A DNA stretch of 64,000 nucleotides from an uncultured virus (IMG/VR IMGVR_UViG_3300020578_000048) (Duplodnaviria > Heunggongvirae > Uroviricota > Caudoviricetes), in IMG/VR virus record IMGVR_UViG_3300020578_000048; one strand, given 5' to 3'. Each line of letters begins with the position of its first letter. Position 1 is the first letter of the stretch. Shown here piece by piece: positions 18,713-27,698 of this stretch. A program made the position numbers and the translations under genes. The notes beneath the pieces were generated by a model. That model searched no databases, was not told the DNA's origin, and saw nothing but the letters and a program-made list of their open reading frames with translations.

Positions 18713-19341
18713 TGTTGATAAACCTTGTATTTGCTAAGATCCGGATATGCATGTTCTATATCCGGTAAGTGTTTTTTACTACCATCTTCGGTATTGTAAA
18801 ACTGATTCATCAGTAGTAAACCCCGTGCAGCTAGTTCAGGCATCATGTAAAAATTCCAACCCAGCATGTCGAAATGGTCATCGTGATAACTACACTCGCG
18901 CCGGCCACTGAACCTAGCACGTTTAAACCAAAGCATTGCGTTATAGTCGTCGGTTAAAATAGCACCACCTTTGCTGAGTTTGAAATGTTTGTATGGACCA
19001 GTAAAACTTAAACACATATGTGTTCCTGGAATATACATATCGGCAGTAAACCTAAGAGCAGAGTCCCAAATTTTGGTTGGCTTTAACTGATATGCACCTT
19101 TGATAGTTTTACCTTCTACTATTTCAAATCTTACCTTTGCTCCAGCATGAATAATTTCGCATGGTACTGAAGGATATGTTCTACAAGGTATAGTAATAGT
19201 TTTATCTTTTACTCCAAGATACATCAAGCAAAGAAATAGTGCATTGCTTTGATTATCAACAGTAATCGCATATGGTGCTCCGGTATAATCTGCTAGGGCA
19301 GATTCGAAGTCTTCGGTGACTTTATAGACGCCTTGTGCCAT
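18709..19341 (-). CDS. DegT/DnrJ/EryC1 sugar aminotransferase, short form
   Basis: FESALADYTGAPYAITVDN.SNAL, TYPSV, WDSA, CLSFTGPYKHFKLSKGGAILTDD, GWNFYM. Confidence 0.85.
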   Translation of the reverse strand: MAQGVYKVTEDFESALADYTGAPYAITVDNQSNALFLCLMYLGVKDKTITIPCRTYPSVPCEIIHAGAKVRFEIVEGKTIKGAYQLKPTKIWDSALRFTADMYIPGTHMCLSFTGPYKHFKLSKGGAILTDDYNAMLWFKRARFSGRRECSYHDDHFDMLGWNFYMMPELAARGLLLMNQFYNTEDGSKKHLPDIEHAYPDLSKYKVYQQ

Positions 19342-19344
19342 TTC

Positions 19345-19503
19345 TTACTCTTTGTCTTTAGGACGATCATTTTCCAACAAGTCTTTAATTACTCTAATTG
19401 CTTTTCGGCTGGTATCATACACATACTCTCGAGTTTCTTCGTCTGTGGTAATTACCAAAATGAAGCCATTGGTGGCACGTCTAATTTCGATTGATTCAAA
19501 CAT
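19345..19503 (-). CDS. Small hypothetical protein (52 aa)
   Basis: Manual translation MFESIEIRRATNGFILVITTDEETREYVYDTSRKAIRVIKDLLENDRPKDKE; AAGGGT upstream; below the ORF-track cutoff. Confidence 0.75.
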   Translation of the reverse strand: MFESIEIRRATNGFILVITTDEETREYVYDTSRKAIRVIKDLLENDRPKDKE

Positions 19504-19532
19504 GATTGACCCTTGATATTAATAAAATTCAA

Positions 19533-19561
19533 ATTATAATAGATTTTCTAATCTTTGTCTA
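19533..19561 (-). promoter_or_regulatory. Sigma70 promoter TAGACA-N17-TATAAT heading the glycosylation cluster
   Basis: -35 at 19561-19556, -10 at 19538-19533. Confidence 0.7.
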
Positions 19562-19564
19562 TGG

Positions 19565-20788
19565 TTATAAGCGTTTTTCTCTACCAATGTCCGATCTTTT
19601 TTGTCTTGTTCGTATTGGTGTACCGGGTGGTCTAATATCAACCGGTTTATCGCTTACTACATTAGGGACCCTGACTGGTCGAGGTTTGGCCACTGGCTCT
19701 TCACCAGGTAGCTTTTCACCAGACGCAGATCTTGTTGTGCCTTTGATTTCTGTCTGCGGGTAAGCCATTCTACGCACATCTTTGATGTTAGTGATATAGG
19801 CTGTGCTTATGTGCAACCTAAGTCCTTGCTTTACAAGATCATTGGCATTTTTAAAAAACACAAACATTGGTGGTGTTTTATCTAAACCAATGTAAAGCAC
19901 ACCTTCATCTTTCTTTTTACTAATATAATAGTTGAAATTAGTCTCAGCGTAAAACTTTAGTGTATTGGATAAATTTCCACTTTCTATAGCATCAACAATG
20001 GGCTTGACATTCTCGCCTTGAAAAATCTTACTAACTACCGAATTAACTAATCTTATGTATTCGGGTTTCTTTTCAGCATCCAGACCTTGGCTTATGGTCA
20101 CTGCTGTGGGCAAATTCAATCCACTGCCCTTTACCACGTAGCCTTGCTGTGTTAAGAAATTATTAAGGTCGATGGCTGCTTGTTCATATCCCGAGCCCAC
20201 TGTGACTTCTTGGTCACTGAATCTAGCTGCACCAGCATCTGTGGTTTTGACTTCAATGTCTTTGCCATCAATTAGCAAGTCACCTTTACCTTCTTGTTTA
20301 CTGATATTTTTGCTCAGCACACTGAGCCCGAATTCTCCTTTACCTTGACCAAGGAAAGAAATACTCATTAGATCATCAACTAATTCTTTTATTGCTGGGT
20401 TAGAATCATAACCAGTGACAAAATCGCTGATTATGAGTTTTTTTCCACTCAGTAGTTTTTTTCTATCAACCAAACGATCTTCTCGCCATAACTTGAATAA
20501 TTCTTCACGCTGTTCGGGAGTCATGTCTAAACTCAACACATATCTGGCGATCAATCTTTGTGCTGCTGACACAGTGGGATCTTGTATACGGGTCAATTCT
20601 GTGTTGATAAAACCCATTTTACCACCAGCATGCACGTGACGCAGAAGATCTTCAATATCACGCAATATTTTAATGCTTTCCTCGCTGGGCGGCAGTGTTT
20701 TTATTTTAGCAGCCAAAACGGTTTTTATCGCATCTACTTCACGACTGTTCACATTTTCAAAAAGCAGCAGTAATTCACGCATGTGCAT
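19565..20788 (-). CDS. Putative PD-(D/E)XK nuclease, late-expressed
   Basis: GKGEFGL...KGDLLIDGKDIEVKT; TAAATA 6 nt upstream. Confidence 0.6.
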   Translation of the reverse strand: MHMRELLLLFENVNSREVDAIKTVLAAKIKTLPPSEESIKILRDIEDLLRHVHAGGKMGFINTELTRIQDPTVSAAQRLIARYVLSLDMTPEQREELFKLWREDRLVDRKKLLSGKKLIISDFVTGYDSNPAIKELVDDLMSISFLGQGKGEFGLSVLSKNISKQEGKGDLLIDGKDIEVKTTDAGAARFSDQEVTVGSGYEQAAIDLNNFLTQQGYVVKGSGLNLPTAVTISQGLDAEKKPEYIRLVNSVVSKIFQGENVKPIVDAIESGNLSNTLKFYAETNFNYYISKKKDEGVLYIGLDKTPPMFVFFKNANDLVKQGLRLHISTAYITNIKDVRRMAYPQTEIKGTTRSASGEKLPGEEPVAKPRPVRVPNVVSDKPVDIRPPGTPIRTRQKRSDIGREKRL

Positions 20789-20797
20789 AATTATTAT

Positions 20798-21055
20798 TTA
20801 GTTTTGTAGTGTTTCTATAAGATCAATGTGTAGTTTGTGTTTGACTTTTAAATATTCCAATTCAAACTGATCACACACGATGCCAAGCTGGTCTGGACGA
20901 TGTTCAGCATAAATATTCAGTCTGATCATGTCGGCCAGACCATTTAGACTGTCCTTGTGTTCTTGAATGTCCACCACATGACGACAACCACGATGTGTTT
21001 TCATCGAGTCCCATAAATCCAACAGCTCCAGTGCTCTCTGTTCCAGTGGTGTCAC
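20798..21055 (-). CDS. Hypothetical protein
   Basis: Probable GTG start at 21055 overlapping the uvsY TGA. Confidence 0.6.
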   Translation of the reverse strand: MTPLEQRALELLDLWDSMKTHRGCRHVVDIQEHKDSLNGLADMIRLNIYAEHRPDQLGIVCDQFELEYLKVKHKLHIDLIETLQN

Positions 21056-21504
21056 ACTGAATAATCTTCCATGCCTGAGGTCTTGAGTCTGATCAAATGT
21101 CCAGACATCCATTGACGGCTTTCGAGACCTTTCATTATGCCCAGATAACGATTTCTGATCAAGGCCACTTCATTGATCAAGGTCTCATAATCACAGACTT
21201 CATCGGTGCCCTCGGCATATTTTTCCGCATCTCTGCTGCTCAAAGCACGATTGTAGTTTTCCAAAAATTTTTGAAACTGTTGTTTTTTCACGCGACGTAA
21301 TTGTATGTTAAGATAATTCAACACAGCTTCAATTTCTTGCAGTTGGTTGAATCTGTGTTCAGTGATGCCGGGTAATCTGCTCACACTGCGCTCCACACTG
21401 CCAGAAATTTGGCATTCTTGTTTGGCCGACACCAGCTCTGCCTCATAGTAAGCAATAAAGTCAGGAATGTTGGCAACATCCTGTGTCACACGATTGTACC
21501 ACAT
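21052..21504 (-). CDS. uvsY: Recombination mediator, UvsY-like
   Basis: 150 aa helical; YNRALSSRDAEKY, YLGIMKGLESRQW; near uvsX. Confidence 0.75.
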   Translation of the reverse strand: MWYNRVTQDVANIPDFIAYYEAELVSAKQECQISGSVERSVSRLPGITEHRFNQLQEIEAVLNYLNIQLRRVKKQQFQKFLENYNRALSSRDAEKYAEGTDEVCDYETLINEVALIRNRYLGIMKGLESRQWMSGHLIRLKTSGMEDYSV

Positions 21505-21506
21505 GG

Positions 21507-21731
21507 TTATTCATCATCTTGATCTTCTTCCACGTCAGCATCTCCCACGTATTCTTTGTGTGCACGTGTTAAAAATACATCTGTGTCTTTGATCACGGTC
21601 AATTCGGAATCATCTAACACATCCACTAGCACACTCATGAGATTGTCAGCAGCTTCTTGGCGATCACGCTGTGGAATGTATTGTTTGAGAATGGCATAAC
21701 ACTCTGATAAAAGTTCTGCATCAATGGTCAT
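21507..21731 (-). CDS. Small acidic hypothetical protein
   Basis: 74 aa, coupled ORF with an acidic tail. Confidence 0.7.
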   Translation of the reverse strand: MTIDAELLSECYAILKQYIPQRDRQEAADNLMSVLVDVLDDSELTVIKDTDVFLTRAHKEYVGDADVEEDQDDE

Positions 21732-21910
21732 GATAATTTGTCCTTGAATTTTAAAATTTTGCTCATGCGTTTTAATGTGCGTGTCACTGAATCAATGTTG
21801 TCATTGGTTTCAATCTGCTCTCTGAGTTCTTTTATGTTGGCCTCTATCAAATCAATGTATCTGATCAACTTGTCAATCCGATCCTCTAAATTTTTTAAAG
21901 AATCACTCAC
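21728..21910 (-). CDS. Small coiled-coil protein
   Basis: 60 aa with a heptad pattern; overlaps the stops/starts of both neighbours. Confidence 0.6.
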   Translation of the reverse strand: MSDSLKNLEDRIDKLIRYIDLIEANIKELREQIETNDNIDSVTRTLKRMSKILKFKDKLS

Positions 21911-22983
21911 GTGTGTGTCTCAGAATTTTCAACATGTTCTGAACATGTTGTAGAAACCACACGGACATTGATGCAATCTTTCATTATAACATGTAGACAG
22001 TCGTCTTCATTTCTTTCCCAGGCCTTTCTAAATTTTTTAATTGTGCCACCGTCACTGACATCATATCGTAGACTGTTGCCGTCTTTGTGCAGTAGGCCGC
22101 GGCTTTCAAATAAATCCACCAGTCCAGAAGTGGGACTCATGCCTGTTTCATATGGTATTTTAATTTGCACTGATTCAAAGGGTTTGGCATATCTGGTTTT
22201 CATGATTTTACAACTGGACCTTATGCCACGCACTTCAGAAATTTTATTTCCATCTTCATCTTCTTTGAGTTTGAGTTTTTTCATTGCCACCACAATTGAA
22301 CTGGCATAGATAAACCCTTGACCACCACTGATTTTATCATCGGGATCAAACATGTCTTGGCTTGAATAAGTGTGATTGGTGGCCACCAATCCTATATTTA
22401 AGTTTCCAAACATGTTCACACAATTTCGCACCAGAGCTGTGAGAGCCTTGGGTTTACGACCCATGTCACCTTTGAGATCACCGGCTTCAAATTGACTGAC
22501 ATCAGTGGGAGTCAACAACATGCCCAGGCTGTCAATGACAAACAACACTCTGGGCCTGTCTGTCACAGGCAGTGTGCGGTATTCTTTGACAAAATCATTG
22601 ATGACTTTGGCCACGTCATCAATCATGGCCATGTTCAATTTCAACAGTTTTTCTTCGCCAGTGTCCACACCCAGAGAATTTAACCATTTTTCATCCAAGG
22701 CATTTTCTGAATCAATCAATATGGGGAAAATATTCTGTTGTTGAGCTTGGCGTATTAAATTGCCTGCTGCGATAAAACTTTTTCCAGATCCTGGCTCACC
22801 AGCCAGCACTGTGACTTTGCCAAGAGGCACTCCACGATTAAAATCACCAGAAATCAGGTAGTTTAAGGCATAATTTCCTGTGGAAATCCAGTCTGTAGGG
22901 TCGTTAAATCCAATGCTAACGCCTTCAATACTCTTAGTTATGCTTTTGCGAAATTTACTCAAATCAAAAGGTCTTTGTGCCAT
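21907..22983 (-). CDS. uvsX: RecA-family recombinase, UvsX-like
   Basis: ISTGNYALN, GEPGSGKS, IDSENA, VIDSLGML, NHTY, SGGQG. Confidence 0.93.
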   Translation of the reverse strand: MAQRPFDLSKFRKSITKSIEGVSIGFNDPTDWISTGNYALNYLISGDFNRGVPLGKVTVLAGEPGSGKSFIAAGNLIRQAQQQNIFPILIDSENALDEKWLNSLGVDTGEEKLLKLNMAMIDDVAKVINDFVKEYRTLPVTDRPRVLFVIDSLGMLLTPTDVSQFEAGDLKGDMGRKPKALTALVRNCVNMFGNLNIGLVATNHTYSSQDMFDPDDKISGGQGFIYASSIVVAMKKLKLKEDEDGNKISEVRGIRSSCKIMKTRYAKPFESVQIKIPYETGMSPTSGLVDLFESRGLLHKDGNSLRYDVSDGGTIKKFRKAWERNEDDCLHVIMKDCINVRVVSTTCSEHVENSETHT

Positions 22984-23195
22984 TATTTTGTTCCTTTTGG
23001 ATATTCTTTTGGCTGTACTACAATTTCAGTCCTACCAATGGCCTGTAGCCAGGTATTCAGTCTGTGTATGATAACACTATCATCACATGGGTTGTCGAAG
23101 TTAATATTGCAGTCCATGACTGTGTCTCCGATACCGTCTTCGCGACTGGAAAAATTCAATGAATAACTCTCATTGATCTTATGTGATTTGGCCAT
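22983..23195 (-). CDS. Hypothetical protein
   Basis: 70 aa; AGGAG Shine-Dalgarno. Confidence 0.7.
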   Translation of the reverse strand: MAKSHKINESYSLNFSSREDGIGDTVMDCNINFDNPCDDSVIIHRLNTWLQAIGRTEIVVQPKEYPKGTK

Positions 23196-23217
23196 TTAAT
23201 ACTCCTAGATAATGGGT

Positions 23218-23237
23218 GGGACGGAGTTATCCGTCCC
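23218..23237. other. Perfect 8-bp hairpin after the gp32-like gene (no U-tract)
   Basis: GGGACGGA-GTTA-TCCGTCCC. Confidence 0.6.
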
Positions 23238-23246
23238 TGTTACTGC

Positions 23247-24278
23247 TTAGGATTTTTGGCGATTACGAATCATGGCCAAAATGTCTTCTGCTCGCTGTGT
23301 GCTGGTTTTCACAGGCTCATCCTGATTTTTTACAGGCACACGCACAGTGGCAGTGGTGTCTGTTTCATTTGTGTCAGGATCTGGTGCTGGATCTGCACTG
23401 CGAGGACGTACCAAATTCAACGGTGGCTTGGGATCGGATCGTGGCTGTGATTCTGTTGTGTCATTGGCATCAACCTGAGAGTCAGACACCACAACACCAG
23501 CTGGTTTGTAATACTGACCCCAGCGAGCAGTGTCATAGGCCTCGCCGTTCACACTGGCTTCAAACATTTCTTTGATGATCTTGAGTTCAGTGACACCGGG
23601 TTTTTTGGGAAGAAAATCTCCCAGGTTGAACAAACCATATTGGTCAATGGCTGCTCGATCTGTGGCACTGAGTGCTGTTTCGCGTCTGGCCCATTTACTG
23701 GTACTATAGTCAGCGTATCCACCCTTGCTGGTCTTGGTGATGGTGAAATCCAGACCACGACTTTCATCAGTGGGAAGATTTTCTAACTCAGGATCCATGA
23801 GAGAACTTTTGATCAAATTATAAATTTGAGGACTGATGATGAATCTGCGAATGGGATTTTCTGGTGTGTTATCTTCTTTCATGGGATTTTCACGAACAAA
23901 ACCTTGAAATAGATAAGATTTTTTCTTCCAATATTTACGACCCATTTCTTCAAGTGAGGGATCTTTGAACCAGGGCCTGACTTCTGCCAACACAGGACAA
24001 GCTGTGTCCTTACCATACATTTCCATGCAGGGCACCTGCACAATCACAGGTTTGGAATCTGCTTGACCCATGATGCCAGAAAATGACAGCCTGATCATTG
24101 CTCGTTCCACCCAGAAAAAAGCATTTTTGGGATCAGCATCTGCTAAAAATCGCACTTTGGCGGAGGTGTTTTCTTCTATGTTCCAGTGCGGATAAATTGC
24201 TCCATCGCTGTTTGCGGAGCTACTGCTGCTGCGATCTTGCGCAGCCAATCTTGCACGAATTTCTGCCAGTGTAGCCAT
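23247..24278 (-). CDS. Single-stranded DNA-binding protein (T4 gp32-like)
   Basis: MATLAEIRARL, VRFLAD, PCMEM..CPV, KYWKKKSY, GLDFTITKTSKGGYADYSTSKW. Confidence 0.88.
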   Translation of the reverse strand: MATLAEIRARLAAQDRSSSSSANSDGAIYPHWNIEENTSAKVRFLADADPKNAFFWVERAMIRLSFSGIMGQADSKPVIVQVPCMEMYGKDTACPVLAEVRPWFKDPSLEEMGRKYWKKKSYLFQGFVRENPMKEDNTPENPIRRFIISPQIYNLIKSSLMDPELENLPTDESRGLDFTITKTSKGGYADYSTSKWARRETALSATDRAAIDQYGLFNLGDFLPKKPGVTELKIIKEMFEASVNGEAYDTARWGQYYKPAGVVVSDSQVDANDTTESQPRSDPKPPLNLVRPRSADPAPDPDTNETDTTATVRVPVKNQDEPVKTSTQRAEDILAMIRNRQKS

Positions 24279-24341
24279 AATAGTTTTCCTTTCGTTTTTA
24301 AGATGGTCTTAGAGAGAATTAAGATATACCTTAATGTCTAA

Positions 24342-24369
24342 AGTATAACAGTTTTATTTATCTTGTCAA
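24342..24369 (-). promoter_or_regulatory. Dual promoter: TTGACA-N16-TATACT (extended -10) with an embedded ATAAATA
   Basis: -35 at 24369-24364, -10 at 24347-24342, late motif at 24361-24355. Confidence 0.65.
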
Positions 24370-24436
24370 CTGTGTTTTTGATAAATTATGTTTAATGATG
24401 AATGTTCATAAACATGCTGAAAAAATACCCAATCAT

Positions 24437-25855
24437 TTAAGATTTGAGTCCAGCCAATCTCATGAGATCTTCAAATGCAGATTCTTTGTTCATTTGTGGC
24501 GATGCCTGCTGGTACTGAGGATTCGGCATGGCTTGAGTGTTTGAGGTTTGGTCAACATCTGTTTGGTTCTGTGATAGAGAATCATAATTGCTGACATAAT
24601 CGGGATCATTTTCAGACAACCACTGATCTATGATGTCGCGCACATCTGTGTCTGCTCCATATTCCTGAGCGGCCCCGGTTAATAACTTAGCCAATTCATC
24701 GCTGTTTATGATTCCACTCATGGCCTCCAAAGCATCGATTCCATCTTGACCAGCTCTTATGGGTTTAGACATCAATTTATTCAAATTTTGATAATCAATG
24801 ACATCATCATCTTTTGTGATATCTTCTGCCCAGTTTGCGAATTCTGTGACCAAGTGTTGTGAATTTAACTGTGAATTGTAAGCTCTAAACACGTATGGCA
24901 AAGCCATGTTCAACCTTTCATTGTAAATTTTACGCACAAATCTTTCTTGTAGTTCATGCATGTCAAAATCAGATTCTTTGAAATCACTGGGCGAAAAGGT
25001 CTGTGCTTGTTTGTGATATCCTCTACGTCCAGTGAAACTTCGTAACTGCTCACGTAGATCAGCGAACCTAGACCTGGCCACAGTGACCATGTCTGCTGTT
25101 TCGGTGTCTTCAAATACCTGTGATCTGGTACTGCGTATAAAAAAACTCAAGTGATCCATTTCTTCTGCTATGCCAGTGATGTGTTGACCCAGGGCATCAT
25201 AAACATGACCACCATGATTGATGTGTTGTGCCATGGCTCGTCCCAGAGTCAACCTGTTGTGAGGCATACGAAATCGCTCACCTTGAGCTGTTTCTAAAAA
25301 AACACCAGCTATGTGTCTGCCGTGCCTGCCAGTCAGTTCAGGATCCATTTTCATTTTGTGTTTGACAATTAATTTTGTTTCTCCGATGAGTTCGTAACTC
25401 ATGCGATGGCTTTTTATCCAATTTGCAGATTCTTCCAGTGCATTAGATCGTGTGTTTAATGGATTTGATATTTTTGTTGTGCCAGGAATCTGTTCAAAGT
25501 CTCTCTTTAACAGATTGTTTTTGGTTATGTCGCGTACATCAAAAATTAATCTGTGCCTTCGAGCGAATTTTCTCATGCTCAATAAAAAATTTTTCCATTT
25601 AAAATTTTCAGTTTCCCCTGACAATAATTGTTTGTTGAAAATAATCTTTAAATGTTCAGGTTCCACCAAACTAATAGTCACTGAACTTTGAGCTTTACCT
25701 GAGATGTCTTTGAATTTGAAAATAAAAATTCTGGCCTTTTTATAATCATCTGTGGGTTTATATTCATTGGTGTCATCAAGAAATAATCTTAAATCTTGAA
25801 ATCTAGATCTAATCTTGTTAAACAATTCTTCAGCAGTGTAATCTAAGTTATCCAT
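24437..25855 (-). CDS. Putative virion/head structural protein
   Basis: 472 aa with a late motif upstream; adjacent to terminase; ends LMRLAGL. Confidence 0.55.
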   Translation of the reverse strand: MDNLDYTAEELFNKIRSRFQDLRLFLDDTNEYKPTDDYKKARIFIFKFKDISGKAQSSVTISLVEPEHLKIIFNKQLLSGETENFKWKNFLLSMRKFARRHRLIFDVRDITKNNLLKRDFEQIPGTTKISNPLNTRSNALEESANWIKSHRMSYELIGETKLIVKHKMKMDPELTGRHGRHIAGVFLETAQGERFRMPHNRLTLGRAMAQHINHGGHVYDALGQHITGIAEEMDHLSFFIRSTRSQVFEDTETADMVTVARSRFADLREQLRSFTGRRGYHKQAQTFSPSDFKESDFDMHELQERFVRKIYNERLNMALPYVFRAYNSQLNSQHLVTEFANWAEDITKDDDVIDYQNLNKLMSKPIRAGQDGIDALEAMSGIINSDELAKLLTGAAQEYGADTDVRDIIDQWLSENDPDYVSNYDSLSQNQTDVDQTSNTQAMPNPQYQQASPQMNKESAFEDLMRLAGLKS

Positions 25856-25866
25856 GGTAAGTGTAT

Positions 25867-27432
25867 TTATGTTGTCATTATGAATGGCATGGGTTCTAAA
25901 AAATTGTCAAAACTGTCACGTAAGTGAAGGTCTATTTCGGCATCAAAATTTTGTAAAACTGTGGACACACGCAGAGCCAACAGCATGGCCAAAACCAAAT
26001 CATCGGTGTATCCTGTTTTTGCAGCAAAACTCCCTCCTGAGGACACGAAATTTTTCAATTCGCTGATGACATTTTCGCTGTGTATGGTCAGTTTACCGGA
26101 TTCCACCATGTTTTTAAATTTGGCACACACGGTGATTTTGCTGCGATTAGTGGTGGTAAAACCTTTGCGATATCTTCTTGTGGAGCCTGTTCTAACAGAT
26201 TCACTGATAAATATGCCTTTGATGTTTTCTTCGCCTAATTCTGCTATGCTGATCAATGCAGCCTCGCCTATGGTATTGTTTTCCACAGTGTAGTAGATCA
26301 TGTTTTCTTGTTCAGTGTGTTCGTGTATGCGATCACATATGTCACGAAGCACAGTGATTTGTGTGGGAATCGGGCTGCGATTGTGCTGCCATTCCGCCAC
26401 TTGTTCACATTTTGGCAATGACAAAACCTGTATGGCTGCAGGATCACCACCGGTGCCCAAGCTGGGATCTAAAGCCACCACATAAGTTTGATCTGCTCTG
26501 GGCTCCACGTACCAACGCACCTGTCCTTGGCGAGTAATGACATTGCGTGGCCGCATGGACAAAAGAAAAAGAGGATTGATCAAAGTCTCTTCATCTCTTA
26601 CAAATTCACATTCCATTTCTCTACGAAATCTTGCTTCTCCCAATTGTGCACGCTGCTCTGTGGCCCAGTGTTCATCGCGTTCCGGGTGTTCATGCCAATA
26701 AGCTCTGAAGGCTCGAAATCCGTTAGCCCCTAACTCTGTGACATTGCCATATTCATCTAAATTTTTATTTGCCAGATTCCAAATATATGCAAATTGATCT
26801 TCGTCGCTGTTGGGAGTACTGGTGATGATGGCTTTGCCGCCAGTGGCCAAAGTGGGCGACACGCTGGTCCAAAATTCTTTGGCCATGCCGGGCCGCACAT
26901 AAGCCAACTCGTCACTGTACAACAAACTGATACTCATGCCTCGACCCGTAGTTTCCGTGGTGGTCTGTGACACTATTCTACTGCCGTTGTCAAAATCCAT
27001 ACTGCCTTTATTATACGTGGTCACACCTGCTCTGATATGATCAGGCACGCTTTCATAAGCGTATCTCACTCGCTGCATGATTTCTTGTGCACCGCCGTAT
27101 TTGTGAGCTGCTATCAACACAGTGGAATCGGGCACAAACATGGCATACCAAAGCAAATAACCTGCTGCCGACGTGGTTTTTCCTGACTGCCTTGGCATGA
27201 GACTGATGCTGAATCGGTATTTGTGATAGGTACTGATCAAACGGCGTTGATATTCATAGGGCCGATACAGCATGCGACCTTTTATGGGATGTTGAATATA
27301 GAAAAAATTCGAGAGAAAATACTCCGGTCCTGTGTCGGAATTCACACAGGCCATGAATTCCTTTATTTGTGATTCTGTATAAGTTTGAGCAGTGTGTGGC
27401 CGTTTGATCAGAGTATAATCTAAAGGTTTCAT
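25867..27432 (-). CDS. Terminase large subunit (T4 gp17-like)
   Basis: PYEYQ, PRQSGKTT Walker A, LLYSDELA Walker B, ITSTPN, ALDPSLGTGGD, TVENN, TDDLVLA. Confidence 0.95.
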   Translation of the reverse strand: MKPLDYTLIKRPHTAQTYTESQIKEFMACVNSDTGPEYFLSNFFYIQHPIKGRMLYRPYEYQRRLISTYHKYRFSISLMPRQSGKTTSAAGYLLWYAMFVPDSTVLIAAHKYGGAQEIMQRVRYAYESVPDHIRAGVTTYNKGSMDFDNGSRIVSQTTTETTGRGMSISLLYSDELAYVRPGMAKEFWTSVSPTLATGGKAIITSTPNSDEDQFAYIWNLANKNLDEYGNVTELGANGFRAFRAYWHEHPERDEHWATEQRAQLGEARFRREMECEFVRDEETLINPLFLLSMRPRNVITRQGQVRWYVEPRADQTYVVALDPSLGTGGDPAAIQVLSLPKCEQVAEWQHNRSPIPTQITVLRDICDRIHEHTEQENMIYYTVENNTIGEAALISIAELGEENIKGIFISESVRTGSTRRYRKGFTTTNRSKITVCAKFKNMVESGKLTIHSENVISELKNFVSSGGSFAAKTGYTDDLVLAMLLALRVSTVLQNFDAEIDLHLRDSFDNFLEPMPFIMTT

Positions 27433-27698
27433 GGCTCCTTAAACCAATAGGGTCTTGAGAACCATAATTTAAACCACTCTGGGGTTCCGGGTTTTATATC
27501 ATGCTGTTTCATGATATTGACTTTTTCCATGGCAGTATGACTGATATTGGTGATATTTTCAGGCAAAGGTTGTTTCACAGTGTCGATTCCTGCCAATTGT
27601 TGTAAGCCACGCAAATCATCATGGTCCAGCACAGCATCAGGTATGTTGACTGTGGATGTATCAAAGATATCTTGTGCCATGATTTTATATTGTTTCAT
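27429..27698 (-). CDS. Hypothetical protein
   Basis: 89 aa; KPGTPEWFKLWFSRPY; coupled on both sides. Confidence 0.75.
   Translation of the reverse strand: MKQYKIMAQDIFDTSTVNIPDAVLDHDDLRGLQQLAGIDTVKQPLPENITNISHTAMEKVNIMKQHDIKPGTPEWFKLWFSRPYWFKEP

Noticed and set aside
4977..27432. Inteins or introns in UvsW, UvsX or terminase
   Set aside because: Lengths are normal and the motifs are contiguous.
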